Part shown: positions 1-11,891 of the stretch, in pieces
Numbering within the stretch: position 1 is the first letter of the stretch
How the letters are laid out: each line of letters starts with the position of its first letter
Assembly: GCF_963921235.1 (NCBI RefSeq)
Contig: NC_086097.1
Span: 233,990,001 to 234,054,000 of the forward strand
From: Mobula hypostoma
Taxonomy: Eukaryota
Length of the DNA stretch: 64,000 bases
Direction: 5' to 3'
The notes under the pieces: generated by a model
Database searches by the model: none
The model's input: the letters and a program-made list of their open reading frames with translations, nothing else
Told to the model about the DNA's origin: nothing
Made by a program: the position numbers and the translations under genes

Positions 1-1565
1 CTATCCACGTCAACTCTATCAATCCCCCTCATAATTTTAAACACCTCTATCAAGTCCCCCCTCAACATTCTATGCTGCAAAGAATAAAGAGCTAACTTGT
101 TCAACCTTTCTCTGTAACTTAGGAGATGAAACCCAGGCAACATTCTAGTAAATCTCCTCTGTACTCTCTCAATTTTATTGACATCTTTCCTATAATTCGG
201 TGACCACAACTGTACACAATACTCCAAATTTGGCCTTACCAATGCCTTATACAATTTCAACATTACATCCCAACTCCTATACTCAACGCTCTGATTAATA
301 AAGGCCAGCATACCAAAAGCTTTCTTCACCACCCTAATCACATGAGATTCCACCTTCAGGGAACAATGCACCATTATTCCTAGATCATTCTGTTCTACAG
401 CATTCTTCAATGCTCTACCATTTACCATATATGTCCTATTTTGACTAGTCCTACCAAAATGTAGCACCTCACATTTTTCAGCATTAAACTGCATCTGCCA
501 TCTTTCAGCCCACCCTCCTAACTGGCCTAAATCTCTCTGCAAGCTTTGAAAATCTACTTCATTATCCACAACGCCACCTATCTTAGTATCATCTGCATAC
601 TTACTAATCCAATGTACCACCCCATCATCCAGATCATTAATATATATGACAAACAACATTGGACCCAGTACAGATCCCTGAGGCACACCACTAGTCACCG
701 GCCTCCAACCTGACAAACAGTTATCCACCACTACTCTCTGGTGTCTCCCATCCAGCCACTCCTGAATCCATTTTACTACTTCGATATTAATGCATAACGA
801 TTGAACCTTCCTAACTAACCTTCCATGTGGAACTTTGTCAAAGGCCTTACTGAAGTCCATATAGACAACATCCACCGCTTTACCCTCGTCAACTTTCCTA
901 GTAACCTCTTCAAAAAATTCAATAAGGTTTGTCAAACAATATACAATAGGTGCAGGAGTAGGCCATTCGGTCCTTCGAGCCAGCACCGCCATCCACTGTG
1001 ATCATGGCTGATCATCCACTATCAGTATCCAGTTCCTGCCTTATCTCCTTCCACGTACATGACCTTCCACGCACAAATCCATGTTGACTGTTCCTAATCA
1101 GACCCTGTCTATCCAGATAATTATATACACCATCTCTAAGAATACTTTCCATCAATTTACCCACCACTGATGTCAAACTCACAGGCCGATAATTGCTAGG
1201 TTTACTCTTAGAACTCTTTTTAAACAATGGAACCACATGAGCAATACGCCAATCCTCCGGCACCATCCCCGTTTCTAATGACATTTGAAATATTTCTGTC
1301 AGAGCCCCTGCTATTTCCACACTAACTTCCCTCAAGGTCCTAGGGAATATCTTGTCCAGACCCGGAGACTTATCCACTTTTATATTCCTTAAGAGCGCCA
1401 GTACTTCCTCTGCTTTAATCATCATACTTTCCATAACTACCCTTCTTGTTTCCTTTACCTTACACAATTCAATATCCTTCTCCTTAGTGAATACCGAAGA
1501 AAAGAAATTGTTCAAAATCTCCCCCATCTCTTTTAGCTCCACACATAGCCGGCCACTTTGATTCT
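1..1565 (-). mobile_element. CR1 LINE, 5'-truncated ORF2 (RT), interrupted by a short insertion at ~938-1056
   Basis: ORF 1012-1575 has DKSPGLD, VPEDWRIAHVVPLFKK, NYRPVSLTS and SQHGFVRGRSC. Bases 1-937 read on the minus strand as the downstream RT/C-terminal part (e.g. GDLIEVFKIMRGIDRVD). Confidence 0.93.
938..1056 (-). mobile_element. 3'-UTR-only insertion of another CR1 family
   Basis: Nearly identical to the 3' end of the CR1 at ~59850-59950 (caataggtgcaggagtaggccattc...cagtatccagttcctgccttatc). It splits the host motif gtcaaaca|tgaccttcc. Confidence 0.85.
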
Positions 1566-1859
1566 TAAGATACATCTTAAGATAGATCTTAAGATATTAC
1601 CTAAGAAGAAATAATAATGCTTAATAACATTGTAATGACATGAACATATAAAGCAGTAACAGGGGTAGACCACTGAGTCCCCAAAACCTATTTGACATTT
1701 AATAAGATCATGGCCTACTGACTATAAATCCAAACTTGCATTTTTGTTTAGCACTGTAATCTTTGACTCCCTTGTTTATTGAATGCCTATTTACCTCTGC
1801 CATAAACTTATGCAAAGGCTCTGATATAAAAATGTCACATCATCCTCCCCTTCTACTGT

Positions 1860-2346
1860 ATATGCACCCACTCACCTAGTGTCACCTTTCACCCGCTGGC
1901 TTGTACTCCTTCCCCTTCCCCACTTTTTGATTCTGGCGCCTTTCCCCTTCCTTTTCAGTCTTGATGAAGGGTCTTGACCCAAAACGTTGACAGTTCATTC
2001 TCTTCCATAGATGCTGCCTGACTTGTTGAGTTCCTTCAGCAAAGGGCATCATGGCAGTTAGCGAGATCCTATTACAGTTCGGGGCATCAAAGTTTGGATT
2101 TTATTTCCAACATTGACTGTAAGAAGTTTCTTTTTCCTCCCTGTGGAACACGTGCGTTTCCTCCGGGTGCTCTGTTTTCCTCCCACAGTCCAAAGACCTA
2201 CCAGTTAGTAAGTTAATTGATCATTGTAAATAGTCCTGTGATTAGGTTAGGGTTAAATAGCTGGGTTGCTGAGTGGTGAGGCTCACTTGGCCGAGAGGGC
2301 CTGTTCTGCGCTGTATCTCTAAATAAATACATTTTATGTGTGTTGC
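1860..2346 (+). mobile_element. Decayed Penelope-like 3' end with degenerate hammerhead, split by a SINE
   Basis: cagtc-ttgatga-agggtcttgaccc-aaaacgtt-gacag at ~1956-1993, then gatgctgcctgacttg; resumes as attttatgtgtgttgc at ~2331. Confidence 0.7.
2043..2330 (+). mobile_element. tRNA-derived V-SINE/HE1-like SINE (decayed)
   Basis: V-domain motif tttcctccgggtgctctgttttcctcccacagtccaaagac; 3' end ctgtatctctaaataaata. Confidence 0.7.
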
Positions 2347-2499
2347 AAAGACTCTGTTTCCATCTCCCTTTGTGAAAGAGAGTTCCAGATGTTATTTAAC
2401 ATAATTATCTGTATGTAGCTCTCACATGTGATCTTAGTGTAACTGAAATCTGAGCTCCTGTTGAAGGTTCCAGATATCAGGATTTTCTGCGTTAAGGCT

Positions 2500-3193
2500 C
2501 TGTATCAAGCACATTTATCCAAATTTCTCATAAGTGTTCCAACTGAACCTACATCCACCACTTCCATTGGCAGCTCATTCTACACTCGCATCATGCTCTG
2601 TGAAGGTTTCCTTAAATATTTCATCTTTCACCCTTAACCTGTGACCTCTAGCTCTAATCTCACTTGATCTCAGTGGGAAAAAAGTCTGCTTGCAGTTAGC
2701 CTATCTACAGTATGCTCCTTATAATATTGCATATGGATACGATCTCCCCTCATTCTCCTATGCTCCAGGACTCCTAACCTATTCAAACTTTCCCTATAAC
2801 CGAGATCCGCAAGTCCCAGCAACATCCTTGCAAATGCTCTTTGAACTCTTTTAATCTTATTGATTTATTTCCTGTAGGTAGGTGATCAGAAGTGCACACA
2901 ACTCTCCAAGTTCAACCTCAGCAACATTTCATATACTTCCAAAATAGCATCCCAACTCAAGTACTCATTGCTCTGATTTATGAAGGCCAACTTGTGAAAA
3001 TCTACCTGTGATGCCATTTTCAAGGAATAATGTATCTGTATTCTTAGATCACTTTGTTCTACCAATCTACATGGAACTATAGATCTTCAGAACTACAAGG
3101 AACTATGCCCCTCTTTGGAATTACAAGGAATTATAGATCTGAACTGTGGTTCTATGGACCTGTATTCCCAGATCCCTTTGTTCTACCAATCTA
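2500..3193 (-). mobile_element. Old CR1 3' fragment
   Basis: Decayed similarity to the other CR1 C-terminal segments in the window. Confidence 0.7.
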
Positions 3194-4550
3194 TGTTGGG
3201 ATGGAAAGTGAGTGAAAAAGCCATGAGTTTGAAGTTGGTGTGAGTGAGGGAAGTGTAGAAGTTGAGGCAGTTTATGTTGCAACACCAATTAAAAATAAAA
3301 AGGCCGTGAAAGGGTAAAAAGCCGGAAAGGCATGTCCAAGTGGAAGGAAAGTGTTGGAGGCATGAGATGGGCATATCAGAAGGGAGAGGGCTACCTGCCT
3401 TACTCCAACTGATGGGGATGCTATCTGTTTCTTTTCACTCATTGATTTGGACTGTATTACTGATGATGTCTGTGTAGGCCAGTTGGATATCATTCCTGAT
3501 TCCTTTCCTAAAGCTTATTTTGGCAAGCATGTCCAAAATGTAGACATGCGATATTCTGTCAGTCTGGGCCAAAGGCACATTTCAGGATAGAACTCAAGTT
3601 AGCTGTAGAGAGCATTACTGATATAGTCTGATTCACATTTCTTATTGAGATTGAATGATTCTGCGTAATTAGGAAATACAGTACCATTTTTCAACTTAAA
3701 ATCAAATACTTTGCATTCAACTTTATACCATCTTCACTGAAATATTTTAAATTTCAACTTTTAATGTAATTACTCAAAAGATCAAAATTATTCCAAAATG
3801 TGAAGAGAAGATATTGTGAAATACCTTGAAATAATTGCCTTATTGACTAAATGCCATAATGGATTGCAATAAAACTTTATTTTAACCAGCAAAGTCAATC
3901 CAAATGGTGTACACCACAAAAAGATTTATTGATGTTCTATTGTGGTTTACATTTTGGGAAGTTATTAACGGGCTGAAAAAGGCTGGATAAGTACCTCAAC
4001 ATTCAAAGTCTTCTGCATTATTAAGCAATAATAAATACTGTAGGTAATAGTGTCAAATTTGGACAACATAAATATCTTGCTTTTCTGACTAAAATTTCAT
4101 CTTTAGATATAATTTTATCTGATCTTTTAAGTCACTGCTCCTGATATTTATTTTAACAAAATCAATGTCTATTTGTATTATTTTCACAACTGTTCCACAC
4201 ACTACTGATCTCCGCAGAGGAAATCGACCAACAGGTCTCTTTTTAGGTCTTTACACCGATTTTCACTGTGTTTTAGTCCTGATGTCTCAAAGTAGAAGCT
4301 CTCCTTCAAAATGATTGTTTCTGAATTGCCTCATTTCAACTCCGAGTTCAAAGTACATTTATTATCAAAGTATGTATACAGAGTACAAATCTAAGATTCA
4401 TCCTCCAGCAGATGGACACAAAACAAAGTATGATAAAAAGAACAAGTTGTGCAAATGTCAAGAAGATAGTGAACAACAAATAAAGTATCATACATCACAC
4501 CAGTAGTACTCAGTTTAGTCCAGTTCAGTGCAATCCAGGCCGCAGAGCCA

Positions 4551-4921
4551 TTCTTTGCCAAAGCCCCCCAGTCTACAGCAATCATCCTTTGCCAAACCCC
4601 CCAGTCCACTTCAATCTCCCTTTTCCAAAGCCCCCCAGTCCATATCAATGACCCTTTGCCGAAGTGCCTCCGTCCACATCAATCACCCTTTGCCGAAGCT
4701 CTCCAGTCCACATCGATCACCCTTTGCCAAAGCCCCCAGTCCATATCAATCACCCTTTGCCGAAGCTCCCCAGTCCACATCGATCACCCTTTGCCAAAGC
4801 CCTCAGTCCATATCAATCACCCTTTGCTGAAGCCCCCAGTCCACATCGATCACCCTTTGCTGAAGCCCCCAGTTCACATCAATCACCCTTTGCCAAAGTG
4901 CCTCCGTCCACATCAATCACC
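4551..4921. repeat. Minisatellite, ~11 units of 33-34 bp (cctttgccraagcccccagtccayatcratcac)
   Basis: Units counted by eye. It lies within a minus-strand LINE 3'-UTR-like remnant that starts at ~4340. Confidence 0.92.
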
Positions 4922-5302
4922 AAATCAAACTGCTCAAAAACAGCAAAAAGAGAGTAAACAGAATCCAGGAACACATGCAACCTGAACCGTAAAGTCCCCC
5001 AGAAGCAGACCTTGGCCTCACCAGTCAATCCTGGTAATGAGGATCCTAAGATTCCTGCACTTCCCTCTGACAGCAGCTAGCACAGAGGAGACACCAGCCA
5101 AGTGCAGACAGGTATTAAATTATTTTAGCATTTCATCTATACCTGTGTGCCTGGAAACAGGGTTGCACGAGCCCATCCTATCTTGATTGCTAGTTTCACT
5201 TTCCTCAGGACTGCTTACAGTCTTGAAGACAGTCACTTCTCTTAGGCTATTGAAGTCAAATCGAAGATGATGCATCATAGAATAGATACACAATTTGTCT
5301 AT

Positions 5303-5462
5303 GCAACACACACAAAATGCTGAAGGAACTCAGCAGGCCAGGCAACAACTATGGAAGAGTAAACAGCTGACGTTTTAGGCGAAGAACCTTCATCAGGATT
5401 GGGGGAAAAGACATGAGAAGTTAGAGCAAGAGGGCGGGGGGTTGAGGACAGGAAGGAGTACC
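5303..5462 (-). mobile_element. Penelope-like 3' fragment with degenerate hammerhead
   Basis: gcaacacacacaaaatgctg... The reverse complement contains CTGATGA-aggttcttcgcct-AAAACGTC. Confidence 0.75.
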
Positions 5463-5469
5463 AGTAGAC

Positions 5470-6656
5470 CCTAGCAGTATGTCAGAAGTTCCAGTGTCAT
5501 GGGGCAGAAGTGAGCAAAGTTGCCATTAATAAGGAGCAGATGCTTGGAAACTGAAATGTCTGAAGGTAGATAAATCACCTGCACCAGATGGTCTATACCC
5601 AAGGGTTCTGAAAGAGGCGGCTGAAAAGATCATTGAGACATTAGTATTGGTGTTCCACAGGGATCTATGTCGAGACCGCTTCTTTATGCAGTGTGTGTCA
5701 ATGATTTTGACGACAGAATTGACTCCCATGTAGCCAAGTTTGCAAACAATATGAAGATAGGTGGAGGGGCAGGTAGTGTTGAAGAAGCAGAGAGACTGTA
5801 GAAGGACTTAGACAGATTAGGATAATGGGCAATGAAGTGGCAGATGGAATACAATGGTGGGAAATATATGATCATACACTTCGGTAGAAGAACTAATAAG
5901 GTTGACTATTCTCTAAATGGAGGGGAAAGTTTAAAAATCTGAGGGGCAAAGGGACTCTCGGGCAGGATTCCCTGAAGGTTAATTTGCAGGTAGAGTTGGT
6001 GGTGAGGAAGGCAGATTCACTGTTAGCATTCTTTTCAAAAGGACTAGAATATAAAAGCAAGAATGTATTACTGAGGCTTTATAAGACACTGATAAGGCCT
6101 CACTTGGAGTATTGCAAACAATTTTGGGTCTCTTATATAAGAAAGGATGTGCTGACATTGGAGAGGGTTCAAAGGAGGTGCACAAAAATGATTCCCGGAT
6201 AGAAAGACTTTTCATATGAGGAGCGTTTGATGGCTCTGGGTGTCTACTCACTGGAGTTTAGAAGAATATGAGGAATCTTATTGAAGCCTATTGAATGCTG
6301 AAAGGCTTTGATAGAGTGGATGTGAAGATGATGTTTCCAATGATGGCGGAGTGAAGACAAGAGAAAACAGACTCAGAATAGAAGGATGTCCATTTAGAAT
6401 GGAGATGAGGAAGAATTTCACTAGCCAGAAAGCAGTGAATCTGTGGAATTCTTTGCCACAAGCAGCTGTGGAGGACAAGTCTTTACGTATATCTAAGGCA
6501 GAGGTTGATAGATTCTTGATTAGTCTGGGAATGAAGGGATACAGGGAGAAAGCAAGAGATTGGGGTTGAGAGAGAAAATGGATCATCCATGATGAAATGG
6601 CAGCAGCAGACTTGATGGGCCAAATGGCCTCATTCTGCTTCTATATCTTATGGTCT
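5470..6656 (+). mobile_element. CR1 LINE fragment, decayed and internally deleted
   Basis: ORFs 5984 (LYKTLIRPHLEYC) and 6351 (RKNFTSQKAVNLWNSLP); 3' UTR ends tcttatggtct. Confidence 0.88.
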
Positions 6657-6764
6657 AATGGTGGGTAGGGCATTACCCATGATGGACTGGGCCATATCCA
6701 CTACCTTTTGTAGGCTTTTCCATTCAAGGGCATTGGTGTTTCCATAACAGCTGTAATGCAACTA

Positions 6765-7169
6765 CTTCTCCGTAGATTGTCACCTTGTCATGGTGGAGAA
6801 GCTTGTGTGGTCCTGTGGTGCCCAGAGCAATGCCATCTGGAGCTATGCTCATGGTAGGGTCACCCATGGTGGTAAGGTCAAGGGTGGCGTCCCTGACAAA
6901 GAACAATCCAACCAAGTCCTCAACGGTAGAACAGGCGGACGAAGTTACTTCGAACTCAACAGCTGTGAAGATGGATGAAGTCTGCAACAAATTCATCAGC
7001 TCCAATCGTCGAGGATTCAGTTGGTTGATTTGTGAAGTATCGTGTGCTTCTTGGAGTGCAACATCAAGTACACGTTAAACAAATACACGCACAGGCATCT
7101 TCGCTCTGTGGGCCACTTCTTCAGAACGAAGACCATCATCCTTGACCTTGAGGGTTAGCCATGACGACG
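6765..7169 (+). mobile_element. Non-autonomous RTE-derived element (RTE-like 5' UTR joined to a short 3' tail)
   Basis: Perfect 10-bp TSD aatgcaacta at 6755-6764 and 7170-7179. The 5' part resembles RTE/Expander/BovB 5' ends (accttgtcatggtggagaagcttg...ggtagggtcacccatgg). Tail is atgacgacg. Confidence 0.8.
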
Positions 7170-7662
7170 AATGCAACTAGTCAGGCTTCTCACCACCGCA
7201 CTTCTATTAAGGTATGTCAAAGTTTTAGATCACATGCCAAGTCTTCACAAACGTCAAAGAAAATAGTGGTGCTGCCATGCTTTCTTTGTAATTCCACTTA
7301 CATGCTTGGCCCAGGACATATCCTCTGAAATGGTAACACTGAGGAAACTAAAGTTGCCGACTCTATCCCCCTCTGAAACTGCAATGAGGACTGGTTCATG
7401 GACCTCCAGCTCCGTGGCCTTGCTGACATCAAGTGAAAGGTTGTTGTTGTGGCACCTTTCAGCCGGGTTTTCAATCTCCCTCCGATATGCTGATTCATCA
7501 CCAATTTTGATTCAGCCAATGACAGCAGTGTAGTCAGCAACCATAAAATATAGCTTTTGAGCTGTGCTTAGCCTCGGAGTCATAAGCATGAACTGTGTAG
7601 GGCGTATGACTAAGCACACAAACCTGTGGTGTAGCTGTGCGGATGGAGATTGTGGAGGAGAT

Positions 7663-8479
7663 ACAGGGAGGCGGAGCTTAGGAGGGTTAATGGTGCCTAA
7701 CGGCGACTCCTTTGCCTGCATCTTCGGACACAGCTCTAGTTCCTTCTTTAATATCTCTATTTTTCCCTTTCAGGATTCTTTTGAAGACACTGACCTGCAG
7801 TTACATGCTGACTGTGGTTCTTTGTGGGAATGGGACCCACTCTCGGGGTTTCAAAATGGCCGTTGTTCAGCACGCCAAGGGCTCAGCCTAAGAGCTCCGC
7901 TCACCTTCAGAGGACTGAGTTTTCATGGCTCTGGAGACGGGGGGATCGGAGGTCGATGTCCGAGCAGACGACCAGTATGTAATGGGAGATGGAAGATCTA
8001 AGGCTGTGTGCCCAGAGACCCGAGACCTTTGGGCACGGAGCTCAGAAAAAGCGAGGCAATGGACTCTTAACATCGTAAACCAGCGAGTTATTTGTTATGT
8101 CTCCCCTCTCGCTGTGAAAGAGAGACATCTCTTTATTAGGGAGAGAGCCTGTGGTATGTCGAATGCCGGGTGAACAAGTAGTCTTTGGAGTACTGCAAGT
8201 CTGTGTCTTTACTGTTGCTTTGCTCAAGCTTGAATGTTTGGTGGCAGGTGCCAGTGCTGTCTTTTTGCCGCTGGGGGGAGGGGGAGACTTTTGCTTGCTG
8301 CCACTTATGTGCGGGAGGGAGGGGAGCTGGGGGTGTGGCTTTTGGGTTCTAACATTTAACTGTCATTCATTATTTGGGGGCACTCCTCTGTTTTCATGGA
8401 TGGTTGCGAAGAAAAAGCTTTTCAGGATGTATATTGTATACATTTCTCTGTCATTAAATGTGCCTTTGGAACCTTTGTG
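7663..8479 (+). mobile_element. Non-autonomous LINE-derived element (Rex1/L2-type 3' end)
   Basis: Splits host ggaggagat|gttgttgc. The 3' end (ttgtatacatttctctgtcattaaa...) is shared with ~58995-59125. Confidence 0.55.
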
Positions 8480-8564
8480 ATGTTGTTGCTGATCTGAACT
8501 GACTGGGGTCTGCAAGTGAGGAAATTGAGGATCTAGTTGCATGAAAAGGCATTGACCTGTGATT

Positions 8565-8933
8565 GGAAAGTTTACTGATATCTTTAACCTCTTATTCAGC
8601 AGTCCGAGTACTCACTTGCATCAAGCAGGTTTCAATTATTCCAGTGCCTAAGAAGATCATGGTAACCTGCCACAATGACTATCATCCAGGAGCACTTAGA
8701 TCCACTGTAATGAAGTGCTTTGAGAGGTTGGCGATGAAGCGTATCAATTTCTTCCTGAGAAGCAACTTGGATCCGCTCCAATTTGCCTACTGGAGCAACA
8801 GGTCTGCAGCAGATGCCATTTCATTGGCTCTTCGCTCAGCTTTGGAATATCTGGACAGCGAGGTTGTGAACTCAAATGACGCATTTCACTGTACGTTAAC
8901 ATGTGCATTTGATAAATAAATCTGAATCTGAAA
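8565..8933 (+). mobile_element. Rex1/Babar RT fragment with tail
   Basis: IIPVPKK...NDYHPGALRSTVMKCFERL...LDPLQFAY; tail aataaatctgaatctgaa. Confidence 0.85.
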
Positions 8934-10149
8934 CCATGAGTGAAAATTCAACTATTTGATTGTGAACTTCACTATGTTACGTTTATCTGGGGGATGTGGG
9001 CATCACTGGCAAGGAAACATCTATTATCCGCTCTTCATAGTGCATGTGGAGATTAATCTCACAGTGCTGCAGTCCCTCAACTCCTGCAAAGTTAATGGGG
9101 AAGAAGCTCCAGGGTTTAGACCCAGTGACAACAACAATAATGATGGTCCACGTTAGGAGATGTGCAATATTCTGAATCTACTGTCCTTGACCCTCTGTCA
9201 TTGCCAGTTAACTGGACACTTAAAAACTTCCATTCATTCCTCAGTCACAATTTATTTACTTGTGCACAAAGAGAACAGCCTGGCCCTTCTCACCAAACTA
9301 AACTTCCAAAGTCTGAACAAGGAAATGACATATTTATATAGAAATTGACGAATGGATGCAGATATTGACCCTGTAACCTTGTGGATGTTCAATTCTATAT
9401 TTGCATAATCAATCACCAGTCTCACTGCAGGTATTAATAGACAATAAGATCTAGACAAAGGCCAAATTGTACTCCAGAATTAGTGAAGCACTGACCAATA
9501 CTATGTGCTGCCCTAAAGCACGTGTTCACTGCACACTATCTGTACACTATCCTTGCCTGCACATTACACTAACCTTTGGGTGAGAAAGCCTCTCCATTAT
9601 TGTAATTGTGTACCATGTCAAGGGGCCACGCGAGTGGCAATCATTCTAGTGGTATTAAGGAATACAATAGAACGCTATTTATTGACACTAAATGTAAGAA
9701 TGAAAAGGCATTGCATGGTATATTCTTTTAAGATATTTTATTTTAAATAAAGTTTATTTTGATAAATAAAACAAACCCTAGCTTTGCTGCAACTTCCATA
9801 CCTCTGTATTTGGTGTCTTCGGAAATGGCATCGAGAATACCTAGACAAGTAACGGCAGTGCATTTTGTATCCAGCGTACACTAGCGACAGAAGGACTAAA
9901 AAATTTGAATTGTCGATGAGCTGCCAATAAGCAAGCTCACTTCTCTGGATGGTATTGTGAGTGTGGTTGGAGCCAGGATCATCCAGTCAAGTGAAAAATA
10001 ATCCTTCACCATATTTAACATAGAACAGTACAGCACAGATGTCCTTTTAACTTATTCAAGATAAATCCAACCTTTTCTTCCCACGTAGCCTTCCTGTTGT
10101 ATTTCATCCATTTACCTATCTAAGGGTCTCTTAAATGTGTCTGATGTAT

Positions 10150-11300
10150 TTGCTCCAATTTGCTGACTGGACCAACAGGCGCTCAGCAGATGCCATCTCA
10201 TTGGCTCAGCATTGGAACGTCTGGACAGCAAAGATGCATACGTCAAGATGTTCCTTATCAACTACAGCCCAGTATTCAATACCATCATCCCCTCAAAAGT
10301 ATTCAATAAGCCCAAGACCCTGGCCTCAATTCCTCCCTGAGCAATTGGATCCTGGTTTTACTCACTTGCAGCTTTGATTGGCAACAACATTTCCTCTATA
10401 ATCTCCCTCAGTACAGGTGCACCATGAGGTTATGTGCTTAGTCCCCTGCTCTACTCACTTTATACTTCTGACTATGTAGCTAGGTACACCTCCAACGCCA
10501 GATTCAAGTGTTGTAGGCTGAATTGAAGGTAGTGATGAAACAGCGTATAGGAGACAGATTGAAAACCTGGCTGAGTGGTGCCGTAACATCATCCTTTTAC
10601 TATCAGCAAGACCAAGGAGTTGAAAAGGAAACCAGAGGTTCATGAGCCAGCCCTCACTGGAGGATCAGAGGTGGAGACGGTTAGCAAATTTAAATTCCTC
10701 AGTGATATTATTTAGGAGGGCCTGTCTTGGACCCAGCACGCAAGTTCAACTATTAAGAAAGCATGTCAGTGCCTCTACTTCCTTAACAGTTAGTGAAGTA
10801 CATCGACTGGCTGCATCACAGCCTAGTATGGACACACCAAAGTTCTTGAATGATAAATCCTGCAAAAACTAGTAGCGCTCTTTTCACTGCTGCAATCAGG
10901 AAGAAGGTACAGGAGCCTCACAACTTCCACCAACAGGTTCAGGAACAGCTACTACCCTTCAACCATCAGGCTCTTGAGCCAAACTTCACCCATCATTGAA
11001 ATGTTCCCACAACCAATGAACTTACTTCCAAGGTTTCTTCATTCCACGTTTTCAACATTTATTGATTTATTTATTTGTTTATTTTCTTTGCTTATTTGTT
11101 TATTTATTTATTACTTTATATGGATTTGCAGTTTGCTGTCTTCCGCACTCCGGTTAAACACCCTAGTTGGGCAGTCTTTTACTGATTCTATTATAGTTCT
11201 TATTCTATAGATTTGCTGAGTATGCCCACAGGAAAATGAATCTCAGGGTTCTATGTGGTGACATATATGTACTTTGCTAATATATCTGCTTTGAATTTTG
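10150..11300 (+). mobile_element. Rex1/Babar LINE remnant (RT to 3' UTR)
   Basis: QFADWTNRRSADAIS; 3' UTR gaatctcagggtt...ggtgacatatatgtacttt. Confidence 0.78.
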
Positions 11301-11812
11301 TCTCTACCATCATCCCTGGCAGTGTGTTCACTAGTCCGTGTAAAAGAAGCCTACATCTGACATCCCCCTATACATTCCTCCACTCACCTTAAAATTATGC
11401 CCTCTCATATTAACCACTTCCACCTTGGGAAAATTGCACTGGCTGTCCACTTTATGTATGCCTCCTATCATCTTATGCACCTCTGTCAAGTCACCTATCA
11501 TTCTCCTTTTCTCCAAAGGGAAAAACTCCAGCTCACCAAGCCCTTTCTCACAAGTCAAGCTCTCTAATCTAGGCAAGTTCCTGATAAATCTCCTCTGCAC
11601 CTTAATAAACCTTCCACATCTTTCCTATAATGAAGCAACCGGAACTGGACACAATATTCCAAGTGTGGTCTAACTAGAACTGCAACATTACCTGGCAGCT
11701 CTTGAACTCAATTCCCCCAATAATGAACACACCAAACGACTTCTTAACCACCATATTAACTTGTGTGGCAACTCTGAAGGATCAGTGGATATGAACCCCA
11801 AAATCTCGCTCC
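11300..11812 (-). mobile_element. Old CR1 fragment
   Basis: ORF 11331-11600: QRRFIRNLPRLE...LEKRRMIGDL. Confidence 0.8.
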
Positions 11813-11891
11813 TGTCACAATGTGCTTTACTTGTGTGTGTGTGTGCGTGTGTGTGTGTGTGTAAACTCTAGCCAGGGATCATCTTTTGGAG

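Larger units (their letters stand above)
6660..8560 (-). mobile_element. Rex1/Babar-type LINE remnant hosting two younger insertions
   Basis: Reverse-strand match to the plus-strand Rex1-like copies at ~10400-10870 and ~33150-33600. Confidence 0.65.

Noticed and set aside
4551..4921. CRISPR-like periodicity and Pro/His-rich ORFs
   Set aside because: Units are contiguous with no unique spacers, the context is eukaryotic, and the ORFs arise from the tandem repeat.
7306..8480. Cluster of 75-145 aa ORFs
   Set aside because: They lie in antisense Rex1 and non-coding retroposon sequence, with no motifs.
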